A stretch of 64,000 nucleotides of DNA from an uncultured archaeon. Lineage in GTDB: Archaea; Thermoplasmatota; Penumbrarchaeia; JASLWR01. Below, piece by piece: positions 18,778 to 28,631 of the stretch. The first letter of the stretch is position 1; each line of letters starts with the position of its first letter. Below the pieces are notes generated by a model. It did no database searches and was not told the origin of the DNA. It saw nothing but the letters and a program-made list of their open reading frames with translations. Both the position numbers and the translations under genes were made by a program. Location of the stretch: positions 176,111 through 240,110 of the forward strand of contig CAYSHM010000002.1 of assembly GCA_964430885.1 (NCBI GenBank). The letters are read 5' to 3'.

Positions 18778-21675
18778 ATGATTAGGAAATTTGATATAAA
18801 AACAAAATCAGTATCAGGGCACAGAACCAAATGTATGAATCAATTGATGGTTCTAATGGTATTAACGCTATTGTTCGTCTCCTATTGGCCTTCTACTGGA
18901 GGTATGGATAGTATTTGGGAACCCAATAGGACCGGCAGTTTTCGATTATTGATCAGTGAGGTGGGACCTTACGGTAACGATGCTGTTGAAGAGGATTGGG
19001 TCGAACTGATGGTTGTTGAAGGCAGCGGTGATATTTCCGATTACGTCTTGACCACATATGATTCCCAGAACAGGGATGAGGCCTTTTCTACTTCAGCTGT
19101 GACCGTAAATGAAGGAGATTTTATTTTGGTACATTACAACGCTACTGTTGATGATGAAACAGACGCTGCAGGTGATGTTAATTCCAACGGTTATATTGAT
19201 ATTTATATCAATTCATCCGACCTTTCAGGTACAAATGAACAGGTGGCACTGTTCACAGCTTTGGATTATTCGGATATTTGCGATGCAGTTTGCTGGTCAA
19301 AGGATGATCCTAGTTCTTCAGAAGTTGATGATTCCCAGGAGATCGTGAACCTTGGTGAGTGGCCGTCTACATCAGTTGAGGACATGGTGCCATCCGCAGA
19401 TCTTGAGAAAGGAATCAGTATAGCTAGAAGGTTCAACAGGAATGATGATAATACAAGGGACTGCTGGTATATGGAACCTGAGCCTTCACCAGGTGCCCCT
19501 AACCGCTTATTGGACTTCAACGGGACCGCGCTTATTAAAAGTGTTCACCTCTCATCGAACCCTAAATATGTTTGCTTTGAAGTAACCCAGGGCAGTGGGA
19601 ACGTGTCCTCATTAATGATATCCGATTTGGATGGTGTCAGTGACTTTTTCAGCCTTCAGGAAATAACCGGAGATCAAGGGGACATGGTTAATATCATTTA
19701 CAGCCAAGGGGTATCGGAAACCGATGATATCGGAGATATGAATAATAATGGAATGATAGACATTTATTATGATGAAAAATTGCCCACTTCCACAATGGAT
19801 TCCATAGTTTTGGTCCACGGTTGGAATGTGCTGGACGCTCTAGCATGGCACTCAGGAACAATTAGTTCTTCCGAACAGAAGGACCTTGATAGACTGATAT
19901 CTATTGGTGAATGGGACGGTAATGCCACCTCACACTGCATCAATGTATCCGATCTGGATGATGAGCAGGAGATAAGAAGGAAATCAGATATAGCTGACAC
20001 AAACTCTGTATCTGATTGGGAGATAGCAGCGGTATCCGGAGGGTTTGAGATTCAGGAATTCACCCTTGAGACCTTCGGTGTCGATTCCGTAACATGCGGT
20101 ATTTCTCCAGATACCAGTTTTCAACAGCTCTCCTCAATAATTGATTCTGCCCAAACCTCAATATGTGTGGAGGTTTACATATTTGATAATTATGACCTTG
20201 CGGCAAAAATACTCGCCGCTCAAGAGCGGGGAGTGGAAGTAAAGATACTTCTGGAAGGCGGTCCGGCTCACGGTGTCCCCGATATGGAGAAATACATTAT
20301 GTCCCTGATACATGAAAAGGGAGGGGATGTCAGATACATAATAAATGACCCGGATAAAGGAATAAACGAGAGGTATCCGAATATCCACTGCAAATTCGTT
20401 GTGGTGGATCATAGATATACCTTTATCACTTCAGAGAATTTCAGACTGGAAGGAATACCTAGGTTCGGTTCATGGGGCAACAGAGGATGGTCAGTCACAG
20501 TTGATTCCGCAGATTGTGCTGATTATTTTGAACAGGTATTTCTATATGATTTTTCCAGCAACAGTCCGGATATTAAACCGTATGAAAAAACACATCATCA
20601 ATATGGTGAACCTTCCAAGGAATTCGATCCATCGGATAACAGCTACAAATCCAAGGAAGGCGATCATCCGATTGTCTTCAATCAACAGATAGTTAAGGGG
20701 AATATATCTGTTACTCCCGTACTCTGTCCTGACCATACATCGGAGTTGGAGGCAGTGGTGCCATTGCTGCAAAGTGCCCAAGAATACATTTATGTTCAGC
20801 AGCACAGTGTAAGCGAGAGCTGGCATGATGGTAAAAAGTATATCGATAATCTATATCTGGAAGAATTATATGCTGCAGCCCGCAGAGGTGTTAAGGTTAG
20901 GATTCAATTTGACGAGACCTTCAAATTCAGCAGCGATCATTCAGATATTATCAATCAGACGAACGAGATAGCAGGAGATGAAGATTTGGATATGGCTGCG
21001 ATATTCACCTCCAATGAAGCCCTTGGGATCGAGAAAGTACATAACAAAGGTATTATTGTTGACGGAAGCAAGGTGCTGATATCATCAATAAACTGGGCTA
21101 CCAATTCAATATACCAAAACAGGGAAGTTGGGATTATAATTGAAAATCTGGAGGTAGGGGATTATTACCGACAGGTGTTTGAATGGGATTGGAACAATGC
21201 CGATACCGATATCACGGGTACAATAACCGGTATTATCGAGGATACGGAAGGGAGCCCAGTGGAAGGAGCCGAGGTCTATATTGAACTGGATGATGGAGAA
21301 AGGCTAAGATCGGTTACTATGGCAAACGGGTCCTTTTTACTTGAAGGCGTGCCTATTGGGGTTAACAGGATTCATGTGAATGTGTCAGGGTACCAATCAA
21401 ATCAAGCTACAGTAGATGTAGCAATGGGTGAGATGGTAAATCAGAATTTTGAGTTGATAAAAAATATTAAAGAAGGTGAAGGGAAAGGAGCATCATTCTT
21501 GGCTATCGGAGTGGTCGTTTTATTGTTGATCCTGTTCATTATCATATTTTTTGCAGTTGTCATTGCTGCAAAAAAGAATAGGAAAGAGGATGATGAAAAG
21601 AAGATTGTCAGATTACATGGTTCAAAGGAACCTTTTGATGATCAAGTGGAAACAGAAAAGGAAAATAGATCTTAA
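18778..21675 (+). CDS. Surface-anchored phospholipase D-superfamily enzyme (two HKD motifs) with tandem lamin-tail-like domains and a carboxypeptidase-regulatory-like domain
   Basis: IHCKFVVVD and VHNKGIIVD; LLISEV...EDWVEL...PSPGAPN (lamin-tail-like); N-terminal signal and C-terminal TM + KKNRK. Confidence 0.85.
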   Translation: MIRKFDIKTKSVSGHRTKCMNQLMVLMVLTLLFVSYWPSTGGMDSIWEPNRTGSFRLLISEVGPYGNDAVEEDWVELMVVEGSGDISDYVLTTYDSQNRDEAFSTSAVTVNEGDFILVHYNATVDDETDAAGDVNSNGYIDIYINSSDLSGTNEQVALFTALDYSDICDAVCWSKDDPSSSEVDDSQEIVNLGEWPSTSVEDMVPSADLEKGISIARRFNRNDDNTRDCWYMEPEPSPGAPNRLLDFNGTALIKSVHLSSNPKYVCFEVTQGSGNVSSLMISDLDGVSDFFSLQEITGDQGDMVNIIYSQGVSETDDIGDMNNNGMIDIYYDEKLPTSTMDSIVLVHGWNVLDALAWHSGTISSSEQKDLDRLISIGEWDGNATSHCINVSDLDDEQEIRRKSDIADTNSVSDWEIAAVSGGFEIQEFTLETFGVDSVTCGISPDTSFQQLSSIIDSAQTSICVEVYIFDNYDLAAKILAAQERGVEVKILLEGGPAHGVPDMEKYIMSLIHEKGGDVRYIINDPDKGINERYPNIHCKFVVVDHRYTFITSENFRLEGIPRFGSWGNRGWSVTVDSADCADYFEQVFLYDFSSNSPDIKPYEKTHHQYGEPSKEFDPSDNSYKSKEGDHPIVFNQQIVKGNISVTPVLCPDHTSELEAVVPLLQSAQEYIYVQQHSVSESWHDGKKYIDNLYLEELYAAARRGVKVRIQFDETFKFSSDHSDIINQTNEIAGDEDLDMAAIFTSNEALGIEKVHNKGIIVDGSKVLISSINWATNSIYQNREVGIIIENLEVGDYYRQVFEWDWNNADTDITGTITGIIEDTEGSPVEGAEVYIELDDGERLRSVTMANGSFLLEGVPIGVNRIHVNVSGYQSNQATVDVAMGEMVNQNFELIKNIKEGEGKGASFLAIGVVVLLLILFIIIFFAVVIAAKKNRKEDDEKKIVRLHGSKEPFDDQVETEKENRS

Positions 21676-21735
21676 TCATTTAACGATATAAAAGCAAGAT
21701 GATTTATTCTGCATCAACAGCAATTTGGGTCTTGG

Positions 21736-21954
21736 TTATGGGGATATGTATATCACATTGTCTCCTCTTACTATCACTAAACTGATATTGATGGGTTCCT
21801 CTTCATCTACAATTTCCTGAGCGTTCTTCAGAACTAGATTCATATGTGGATCATATCCATCAAGAATACCTCGGTATTCCCTATTTCCCCGGAGTTCCAC
21901 AATAACTCGGTTTCCAATGTTCTTTTTCAAAGCATCAAGTGGTCTCAAGGCCAT
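21736..21954 (-). CDS. Sm-like (Lsm/SmAP) RNA-binding protein
   Basis: RPLDAL...YRGILDGYDPHMNLVL...VIVRGDNVIYISP. Confidence 0.96.
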   Translation of the reverse strand: MALRPLDALKKNIGNRVIVELRGNREYRGILDGYDPHMNLVLKNAQEIVDEEEPINISLVIVRGDNVIYISP

Positions 21955-22137
21955 GTTGTTCTCCTCTTCTTCAGTATTGTTTTATTTCAAATTATAATTG
22001 TACCCTGGAGTCCTTTAATTAATTATACACTTAAGTATCCAAATATGAGTGAACGCAACATTCACACTCGGAACTGAGAATCAGTATTATTGGTAAAAAG
22101 AAAGAAATTGGGTATTTTCAGATCAAGACTGTAGTTA

Positions 22138-23280
22138 TCATCTGATGAAATCAATACCCATATCGCCAGAGCTGAAGTCATCCCTTTCTCTGTCCTTTCT
22201 AATATCCTTGAGCTTAACGCCTTTAAGAACTATCATTACTCTGATAGAGTTCTCAAATCTCTCGTCTATATAAGCTCCCCAAATGATCTCTGCGTTGAGT
22301 TCAACTCTGTCCTGGATCTCCTGGGCTACTTTCTGTGCTTCCTTGACGGTCATATCCCTGCCGCCAAATACACATACTAGAGCACCTGAAACATCACTGA
22401 TGTCCACATCTAATAGAGGAGATTCCAGAGCATCAGATACCGCTTCTCTTGCTTTATTGGGTGAGTCTCTTGCTTCGCCCATACCGATAACTGCAGTTCC
22501 GCTCTTCTTCATCACTGTTTTCAGGTCGTTGAAATCAAGGTTCACAAGACCAACATTATTTACCATGTCAGTAATGCCTTTTATGGAGTTCATAAGGACT
22601 TCGTCTGCTACCCTGAAAGCCTGGTTGAGCGGCAGTCTTGGTACAAGTTTCAGCAGTTTGGAGTTCTCGACGATAATAACTGTATCCGTTTCCTCTTCGA
22701 GTTTTCTAACACCCCATTTGGCATTTTCCATTCTGACAATACCCTCCCCGGGGAAAGGTGTCGTCACAATAGCCAAGGTAAGAGCTCCCAGTTCTTTAGC
22801 TATTCTGGCCACAACCGGTGCCGAACCGGTTCCAGTGCCGCCTCCCATGCCCGCCGTAATGAATACCATATCAGCATTCATCAGCGACCGTCTGATCTCT
22901 TCTTCGTTCTCCTTGGCTGCATATTCACCCATGGTGGGTTTTGATCCTGCACCCAGTCCTTGTGTTCTGTGCTGTCCTATAAGCAGTTTAACCGGAGCGG
23001 TTACTGTCAGGAGATGCTGTGCATCTGTATTGATGGCATACATCTTAGCACCGCGTATACCTTCCTCAACACAGCGGGTAATTGTGTTGCATCCTGCTCC
23101 GCCACAGCCCACGATTTTGATCTTTGGGATGTTTCTTTGAATAGCATCCTGTAATTCTCTATCCTGTTGAGACATTTCTTCTTCCGCTTCTTCTGATGGG
23201 ATCGAAAAATCTATCTTTTTTGATTGTTTTTTGGATGGTTTATCCACTACTTTTAAAAGTTCCTTAGCCAAAGAAGTCAT
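22138..23280 (-). CDS. ftsZ: Cell division protein FtsZ
   Basis: GCGGAGCN, NTDAQHL, GMGGGTGTG tubulin signature, NLDFND. Confidence 0.98.
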   Translation of the reverse strand: MTSLAKELLKVVDKPSKKQSKKIDFSIPSEEAEEEMSQQDRELQDAIQRNIPKIKIVGCGGAGCNTITRCVEEGIRGAKMYAINTDAQHLLTVTAPVKLLIGQHRTQGLGAGSKPTMGEYAAKENEEEIRRSLMNADMVFITAGMGGGTGTGSAPVVARIAKELGALTLAIVTTPFPGEGIVRMENAKWGVRKLEEETDTVIIVENSKLLKLVPRLPLNQAFRVADEVLMNSIKGITDMVNNVGLVNLDFNDLKTVMKKSGTAVIGMGEARDSPNKAREAVSDALESPLLDVDISDVSGALVCVFGGRDMTVKEAQKVAQEIQDRVELNAEIIWGAYIDERFENSIRVMIVLKGVKLKDIRKDRERDDFSSGDMGIDFIR

Positions 23281-23563
23281 TTAATTTCCCTCCTAATCAT
23301 ATTGGCATATCTCATTCTATTATTGAGACAATATTATCCTCTCACAATAAATACCATCATAGTCTAATACCGTTTCCTGACGGTGTTTATATATGCCTTC
23401 TATAATCCAGCCCATTAATAGTTATTGTTTAAATAGTTTTCTTATAAATAAATATGTTACTCTAATATTATATTGGCTAGGGGGCTTCTAAGCAATATAA
23501 GCGGATAATTTTTACCTCCTGCCAGTTCATTTTTTTTATCAATCGATAAATTCGATTTAAATG

Positions 23564-23579
23564 GAAAAATATTTAAGTA
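23564..23579 (+). promoter_or_regulatory. Putative BRE/TATA promoter of the ribosomal protein operon or leader RNA
   Basis: GAAAAAT-A-TTTAAGTA about 320 nt upstream of rpl3, just before the structured region begins. Confidence 0.5.
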
Positions 23580-23599
23580 AAGCCGGTCTTTCCCCCAAG

Positions 23600-23865
23600 A
23601 GGTCGTATTTACAGATGTATAAAATCAGATAAATATGACTGATGTAGATGATACATTGAAAGGGATTTCGATCCTTTGAGGTACTCGCCATACGTGATAG
23701 GAAAAACATAAGAACTTCCATTGGAGCACCGATCGGTAATGATTCTGGGTGTTCCCAACGTTAAGGCTTGGACGTGATGAAGGAGGATTGGGATATCTGA
23801 TCCAAGTGATCCGCTAATAGAATCACTGTTCATAGGATACAGTGGATAATAGAATTGGCGGAAAA
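23600..23865 (+). ncRNA. Structured 5' leader or small RNA with a C/D-type K-turn
   Basis: Consecutive hairpins: 23660-23677 (UUCG loop), 23721-23758, 23766-23807 (GCTTGGA-C-GTGATGA...CTGA-TCCAAGT), 23811-23861. Boundaries are approximate. Confidence 0.55.
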
Positions 23866-23897
23866 AGGAAAAAGCAGTTTGAACAGGGAGGAATCGA

Positions 23898-24896
23898 ATG
23901 TCAAAAGCACATCATCCAAGGCGTGGTTCGCATAGTTTCTGGCATCGGAAGAGGGCTAAGAAAGCAATATCCAGAGTAAGGAATTGGCCTTCTTCTACTT
24001 CAAGCGCACCTAAGATACAGGGATTCGGGGGCTACAAGGTAGGAATGACCCACGGGTTTATTATCGATTACAGGAAGAAGAGTACTACCGCGGGGCAGGA
24101 AGTAACAGTCCCGATCACAATCGTAGAGGTACCACCTTTAAGGGTTTGCGGGATACGCGTATATCACAATACTGAATGGGGTTTGAAGACACTGTCCGAA
24201 ATTTGGAGCGATAATCTAGATAAATTTGTTAATAGAAAGATATCCGTACCAAAGGAGAAGAAGGAAGATAGTCTAGACGCTCTTCTGAAGATGGATGTCG
24301 ATGATGTCAGATTGCTAGTTCATTCCAATCCCTCTAAGGTGAAATCCATTCCCAAAAAGAAACCGGAGTTGATGGAACTCAGAGTTGACGGGGGCACTAT
24401 CGAAGATAGATTGAACTATGCCAAGGAATTGCTTGGTAAGAATTTGGATGTTACGCAGTTCATAGGGGAGGGTCAGATGGTAGATGTACTAGCTGTGACA
24501 AAGGGCAAAGGATTCCAAGGTCATGTGAAGAGGTTTGGGGTTAAGCTTTTAACTCATAAGAACAGCAAACACAGAAGAATGATCGGTAATTTGGGTCCCT
24601 GGCATCCCAGTTTTGTTCTATCAACTGTTCCTCAGGCGGGTCAAACAGGTTATCATCAGAGAACTGAATATAACAAGAGGATACTGAAAATTGGTGATAA
24701 TCCTGACGACATCAATCCTCAAGGCGGTTTCAAACATTATGGGGAAATAAGCAACAAGTATGTCTTAATCCACGGGTCAATACCTGGACCAAACAAACGG
24801 TTCATCAGGTTCAGGGATCCTCTGAGGTTCAAGGGCGGCAAGATCGATAATATTGAATTCAGTCACATATCTACACAATCAAAACAGGGTGCCTAG
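23898..24896 (+). CDS. rpl3: 50S ribosomal protein L3
   Basis: PRRGS, GYKVGMTH, TKGKGFQG, GYHQRTEYNKRI. Confidence 0.98.
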   Translation: MSKAHHPRRGSHSFWHRKRAKKAISRVRNWPSSTSSAPKIQGFGGYKVGMTHGFIIDYRKKSTTAGQEVTVPITIVEVPPLRVCGIRVYHNTEWGLKTLSEIWSDNLDKFVNRKISVPKEKKEDSLDALLKMDVDDVRLLVHSNPSKVKSIPKKKPELMELRVDGGTIEDRLNYAKELLGKNLDVTQFIGEGQMVDVLAVTKGKGFQGHVKRFGVKLLTHKNSKHRRMIGNLGPWHPSFVLSTVPQAGQTGYHQRTEYNKRILKIGDNPDDINPQGGFKHYGEISNKYVLIHGSIPGPNKRFIRFRDPLRFKGGKIDNIEFSHISTQSKQGA

Positions 24897-24917
24897 AAAA
24901 AGGGGAGGTGAAAAGAA

Positions 24918-25754
24918 ATGGCAAGAAAGACAACTGATAAAAAACCAATAAAAGCAAGCGCTAGTAAACAGACCTTTAAAAAGGGCAGGAAAAAGGCATC
25001 ATTGTTATCATTGAAAGGAGAGAGTATGAAGAATATCTCCCTTCCAGCTGCATTTGACGAAGAATTTCGGCCGGATATAATCAAACAGGCTGTTACCGCC
25101 CATAGGGCTAATCGGAGACAGCCTTACGGCCCCAATAAAATGTCTGGAATGCATCATGCGGTTTCAACATGGGGTAAAGGCCGCGGTGTGGCAAGGGTCC
25201 AGAGATTATCCCAGGGGAGGATGGCTGCGGAATCGCCGAACAATGTGGGAGGTAGAAGAGCTCATCCCCCTAAACCTGAGAAGAACTGGGGTAAGAAGAT
25301 CAATAAGAAGCAGAGGAAGAAAGCTCTCTTATCTGCTCTGTCCGCCACAACTAATATTGATCTTGTAAGAGCTAGAGGCCACATGGTCAGCCAGGATGCA
25401 AAGATACCAATAGTCTTCACCAATCAGATAGAAAAGGTGATCAAGACCAAGGCACTTACTGACGTGCTTCAGGCGGTTGGGGTTTGGGATGATGTGATCA
25501 GATCCAAAGATGGCAAGCATATTAGGCCAGGCAGGGGGAAGATGAGGGGTAGAAAATACAAGACCCCCTGTTCCCTCTTGATTGTTGTAGGCAATGATTC
25601 GGGTATAGCTCTTATTAAAGCGGCCAGGAACCTTTCCGGTGTGACGGTGTGCACTGTTGAAAATCTAAATACAGAGGTGTTGGCACCCGGCGGGGATGCC
25701 GGTCGATTGACAATATTTACCCAGAATGCCATTCAAAAAATCGGGGGTTGGTAA
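24918..25754 (+). CDS. rpl4: 50S ribosomal protein L4
   Basis: FRPDII, WGKGRGVARV, GGRRAHPPK, LAPGGDAGRLT. Confidence 0.98.
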   Translation: MARKTTDKKPIKASASKQTFKKGRKKASLLSLKGESMKNISLPAAFDEEFRPDIIKQAVTAHRANRRQPYGPNKMSGMHHAVSTWGKGRGVARVQRLSQGRMAAESPNNVGGRRAHPPKPEKNWGKKINKKQRKKALLSALSATTNIDLVRARGHMVSQDAKIPIVFTNQIEKVIKTKALTDVLQAVGVWDDVIRSKDGKHIRPGRGKMRGRKYKTPCSLLIVVGNDSGIALIKAARNLSGVTVCTVENLNTEVLAPGGDAGRLTIFTQNAIQKIGGW

Positions 25755-26021
25755 ATGAGCAAACATTCACCATACAAGATATTGAAATATCCGCATGTAA
25801 CGGAAAAGGCCATGGATCACATGGATAAAGGTAACAAATTGGAGTTTCTCGTGGACAAGAATGCTACAAAAGAGCAGATCAAAAGGGCCTTTGAAGAAGC
25901 CTTCGAAGTGGAGGTTGTCCAGGTGAACACCCATAACAGAAAGGATGGTAAACATGCCATTATCAAACTATCTAGCAAGTTTTCTGCTGAGGATATTGGT
26001 ACTCGAATAGGAATATTCTAA
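25755..26021 (+). CDS. rpl23: 50S ribosomal protein L23
   Basis: PHVTEKAM, NKLEFLVD..ATK.QIK; operon position. Confidence 0.97.
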   Translation: MSKHSPYKILKYPHVTEKAMDHMDKGNKLEFLVDKNATKEQIKRAFEEAFEVEVVQVNTHNRKDGKHAIIKLSSKFSAEDIGTRIGIF

Positions 26022-26040
26022 TTGAAATGAGGTGAAATGC

Positions 26041-26748
26041 ATGGGGAAGAGAATCAGGGCCCAGAGAAGGGGGGTAAGTCCCGCATACCGATCTCCGGAA
26101 AGACGATCAGAGAAACACGTGACACTGCCTAAAATGGAAAGGGGTGTTGGAATAGTTGAGGACATTGAGCATGAATGTGCCAGGTCGGCTCCAGTAGCGA
26201 GGGTCAGGTTTGAAAATGGACAGTCCCTTCCAATGCTGGCACCGGAAGGAATCTGTGTAGGTCAAGAGATTCGGGTCGGCAAGGACGCACCGTTAAGAAT
26301 AGGAAATATACTTCCTTTGTCCAAGATCCCGTCAGGATTGCCCGTATTCAATATTGAGCAGAATCCCAGGGATGGCGGTAAGTTTGTCAAGGCGGCGGGA
26401 AGTGCAGCTGTTGTAGTCAGTCAGGGCAGCAAGGTAGTAGTTCAGCTGCCGTCAGGAAAATTCAAATCATTTATGCCGGAGTGCAGGGCAATTCTAGGTG
26501 TGGCTGCCAGTGGCGGCCGTAGAGAGAGGCCAGTTATGAAAGCAGGTAAGAAATATTATTATTTGCAGTCAAAATCCAAATGTTGGCCCCGGGTTAAAGG
26601 TGTTGCTATGAATGCAGTGGACCATCCTCATGGTGGAGGTGGGCACAGGCACGTTGGCAAATCCACCAATGTTTCCAAGCATACTCATCCGGGAAGAAAG
26701 GTTGGAATGATAGCTCCAAAGAAAAAAGGACGAAGAAATAAAAAATAA
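26041..26748 (+). CDS. rpl2: 50S ribosomal protein L2
   Basis: MGKRIRAQRRG, WPRVKGVAMNAVDHPHGGG; start ATG 26041 after a GAGGTGA SD. Confidence 0.98.
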   Translation: MGKRIRAQRRGVSPAYRSPERRSEKHVTLPKMERGVGIVEDIEHECARSAPVARVRFENGQSLPMLAPEGICVGQEIRVGKDAPLRIGNILPLSKIPSGLPVFNIEQNPRDGGKFVKAAGSAAVVVSQGSKVVVQLPSGKFKSFMPECRAILGVAASGGRRERPVMKAGKKYYYLQSKSKCWPRVKGVAMNAVDHPHGGGGHRHVGKSTNVSKHTHPGRKVGMIAPKKKGRRNKK

Positions 26749-26767
26749 GTTCAGAAAGGTGATTTAA

Positions 26768-27241
26768 TTGGGTAAGAGGAAGAAAAAAGGATTCACCTCG
26801 CCACGGGCTGCCCGTAGGAAGACGAGAAAGAGGAAGAAGCAGATTGCGGTGAGGGATAAGAAGAAGTTCCTGTATAAAGGTTATGACGTTGAAGAACTGC
26901 AGGAATTGTCCATGGAGGAGTTATTGGATTTGTTCCCATCCAGGTTAAGGAGAACCTTCGAAAGAGGCTACAATGAGGAAAATAAAAAGTTGCATGATAA
27001 GGTATTGAAATCTGATGGCAAGAAACCGATAAGAACCCATGTGAGGGATCATATTGTTCTGCCGAAATATGTTGGGAAGTTCATGAGTATCTACAACGGA
27101 AAGGAGTTTGTTGAGGTGGAAATCAAACCTGAGATGATTGGTCATTATCTGGGTGAATTGGCCCCAACAAGAAAATCAGTTAGGCATACTGGTCCGGGTG
27201 TAGGTGCTACAAGGTCTTCCAAGTTCATGCCTAAGAAATAG
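26768..27241 (+). CDS. rps19: 30S ribosomal protein S19
   Basis: [29 protein letters not shown]; TTG start. Confidence 0.97.
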   Translation: MGKRKKKGFTSPRAARRKTRKRKKQIAVRDKKKFLYKGYDVEELQELSMEELLDLFPSRLRRTFERGYNEENKKLHDKVLKSDGKKPIRTHVRDHIVLPKYVGKFMSIYNGKEFVEVEIKPEMIGHYLGELAPTRKSVRHTGPGVGATRSSKFMPKK

Positions 27242-27261
27242 ATAAAAAAGGTGGTAATAAA

Positions 27262-27720
27262 ATGTGTCCGTATTCCATTAATCCGGATCCCGATGTGACG
27301 GCAAAAGCCTACGGCAAGGAAGTAGATGTCTCTCCCAAGCATGCTGTTGAAGTATGCAGGTTCTTGAGAGGCAAGGATGTTCCCAGAGCTGAGGAAATCC
27401 TGAACAAGGTGATTGAGAAAAAAATGGCTGTGCCTTTCAAGAGATATAAACACTCAGTATCTCATAGAAAAGGCAAGGTTGGTCCCGGGAAATATCCGGT
27501 AAAAACCGCCAAAATGATACTTGAGCTGCTGAAAGATGTCAAGGCCAATGCCGAGGTGAAAGGTATCGATCCAGATAATACATACATACTTCATCTGTCG
27601 GCTTATAGGGGAAGAGTTACCCAGAGCTGGTTTTATCGTGCCAGGGGCCGTTCGACACCTAAGAGGCGGATATCCGTTAACATTGAGATCATAATCAAAG
27701 AGAAAGAGGAAGATCTATGA
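27262..27720 (+). CDS. rpl22: 50S ribosomal protein L22
   Basis: VSPKHAVEVC, GKYPVK, RARGRSTP. Confidence 0.97.
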   Translation: MCPYSINPDPDVTAKAYGKEVDVSPKHAVEVCRFLRGKDVPRAEEILNKVIEKKMAVPFKRYKHSVSHRKGKVGPGKYPVKTAKMILELLKDVKANAEVKGIDPDNTYILHLSAYRGRVTQSWFYRARGRSTPKRRISVNIEIIIKEKEEDL

Positions 27721-28631
27721 CTTTGGAACGTAAGTTTGTAAGAGAGAACATTAAGCGAGTTCTATTGAAGGAGAAGCTTCAGAGGGAGACTAGTAGAGCG
27801 GGATTTGGAGGTCTTGACATTCAGCGTACCCCGCATGGGCTTCGTTTGACCCTGACAGCTGAACGTCCAAGATTTGTAATAGGCAGAAGAGGCTCAACCA
27901 TCAAAAGATTGACCCAAGAGATCAAGGATGAGTTTGATCTTGACAATCCACAAATCGAGGTTAAGGATTCAGAACAACCTTCACTTAATTCACAGATAAT
28001 GGCGCAGAAGCTCTCTTCTGCTTTGGAAAGAGGATGGCATTTCAGAAGGGCGGGTCATACGACCCTGAGAAGGATCATGGAAGCTGAAGCAAAGGGCTGT
28101 TTGATTATTATTTCTGGCAAATTGACCGGACAGAGACATAGGACGGAAAAATTCGGCGCTGGGCATATCAAGTTCTGCGGAGATACGGCCCTTCAATGGA
28201 TTGACAGGGGTTTTGCAATAGCCAAGAAGAAGCTTGGTGTAATAGGTGTAAAGGTTCTGATAATGAACAAGGATGCGAAACTTCCTGATGAAGTTGAGAT
28301 CGCCGACCCCTCGGAGGATAAAGGTCTGCAGAGGGTGGACTGGGAAACATCTACCACTCCTGCTGATGAGGAGGCTTCTGAAAAGAAGATAGATGAGGCC
28401 CTTGAGGAAATATCTGCTGAATCTGCTGAATCGGTTGAACCTGTTGAACATGCAGAACCTGAGACCAAGAAGAAGATTAAAAAACCTAAAAAGACAGCGA
28501 AGAAGGCTAAAAAAGAGGGCGAATCCAAAGAAAAACCCGCTGAAGAATCGGGAACAACAAGCGAATCGGAAAAGAAGGATGTAAAAGAAACCCCTGCTGA
28601 AGAAAAAGTAGAGGCAAAAGCAGTTGAATAA
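27717..28631 (+). CDS. rps3: 30S ribosomal protein S3 with a long charged C-terminal tail
   Basis: RPRFVIGRRG KH motif, FRRAG, ISGKLTG. Confidence 0.97.
   Translation: MTLERKFVRENIKRVLLKEKLQRETSRAGFGGLDIQRTPHGLRLTLTAERPRFVIGRRGSTIKRLTQEIKDEFDLDNPQIEVKDSEQPSLNSQIMAQKLSSALERGWHFRRAGHTTLRRIMEAEAKGCLIIISGKLTGQRHRTEKFGAGHIKFCGDTALQWIDRGFAIAKKKLGVIGVKVLIMNKDAKLPDEVEIADPSEDKGLQRVDWETSTTPADEEASEKKIDEALEEISAESAESVEPVEHAEPETKKKIKKPKKTAKKAKKEGESKEKPAEESGTTSESEKKDVKETPAEEKVEAKAVE

Noticed and set aside
22283-23140. 285-aa plus-strand ORF
   Set aside because: Antisense shadow of ftsZ; no recognisable motif.
23609-23833. 74-aa minus-strand ORF upstream of rpl3
   Set aside because: No SD or motif; the region is better explained as plus-strand structured RNA.
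23600-23865. RNase P RNA or SRP RNA as the identity of the structured region
   Set aside because: No GAGGAAAGUCC-type P4 motif and no SRP helix-8 motif or long GC-rich terminal helix seen.
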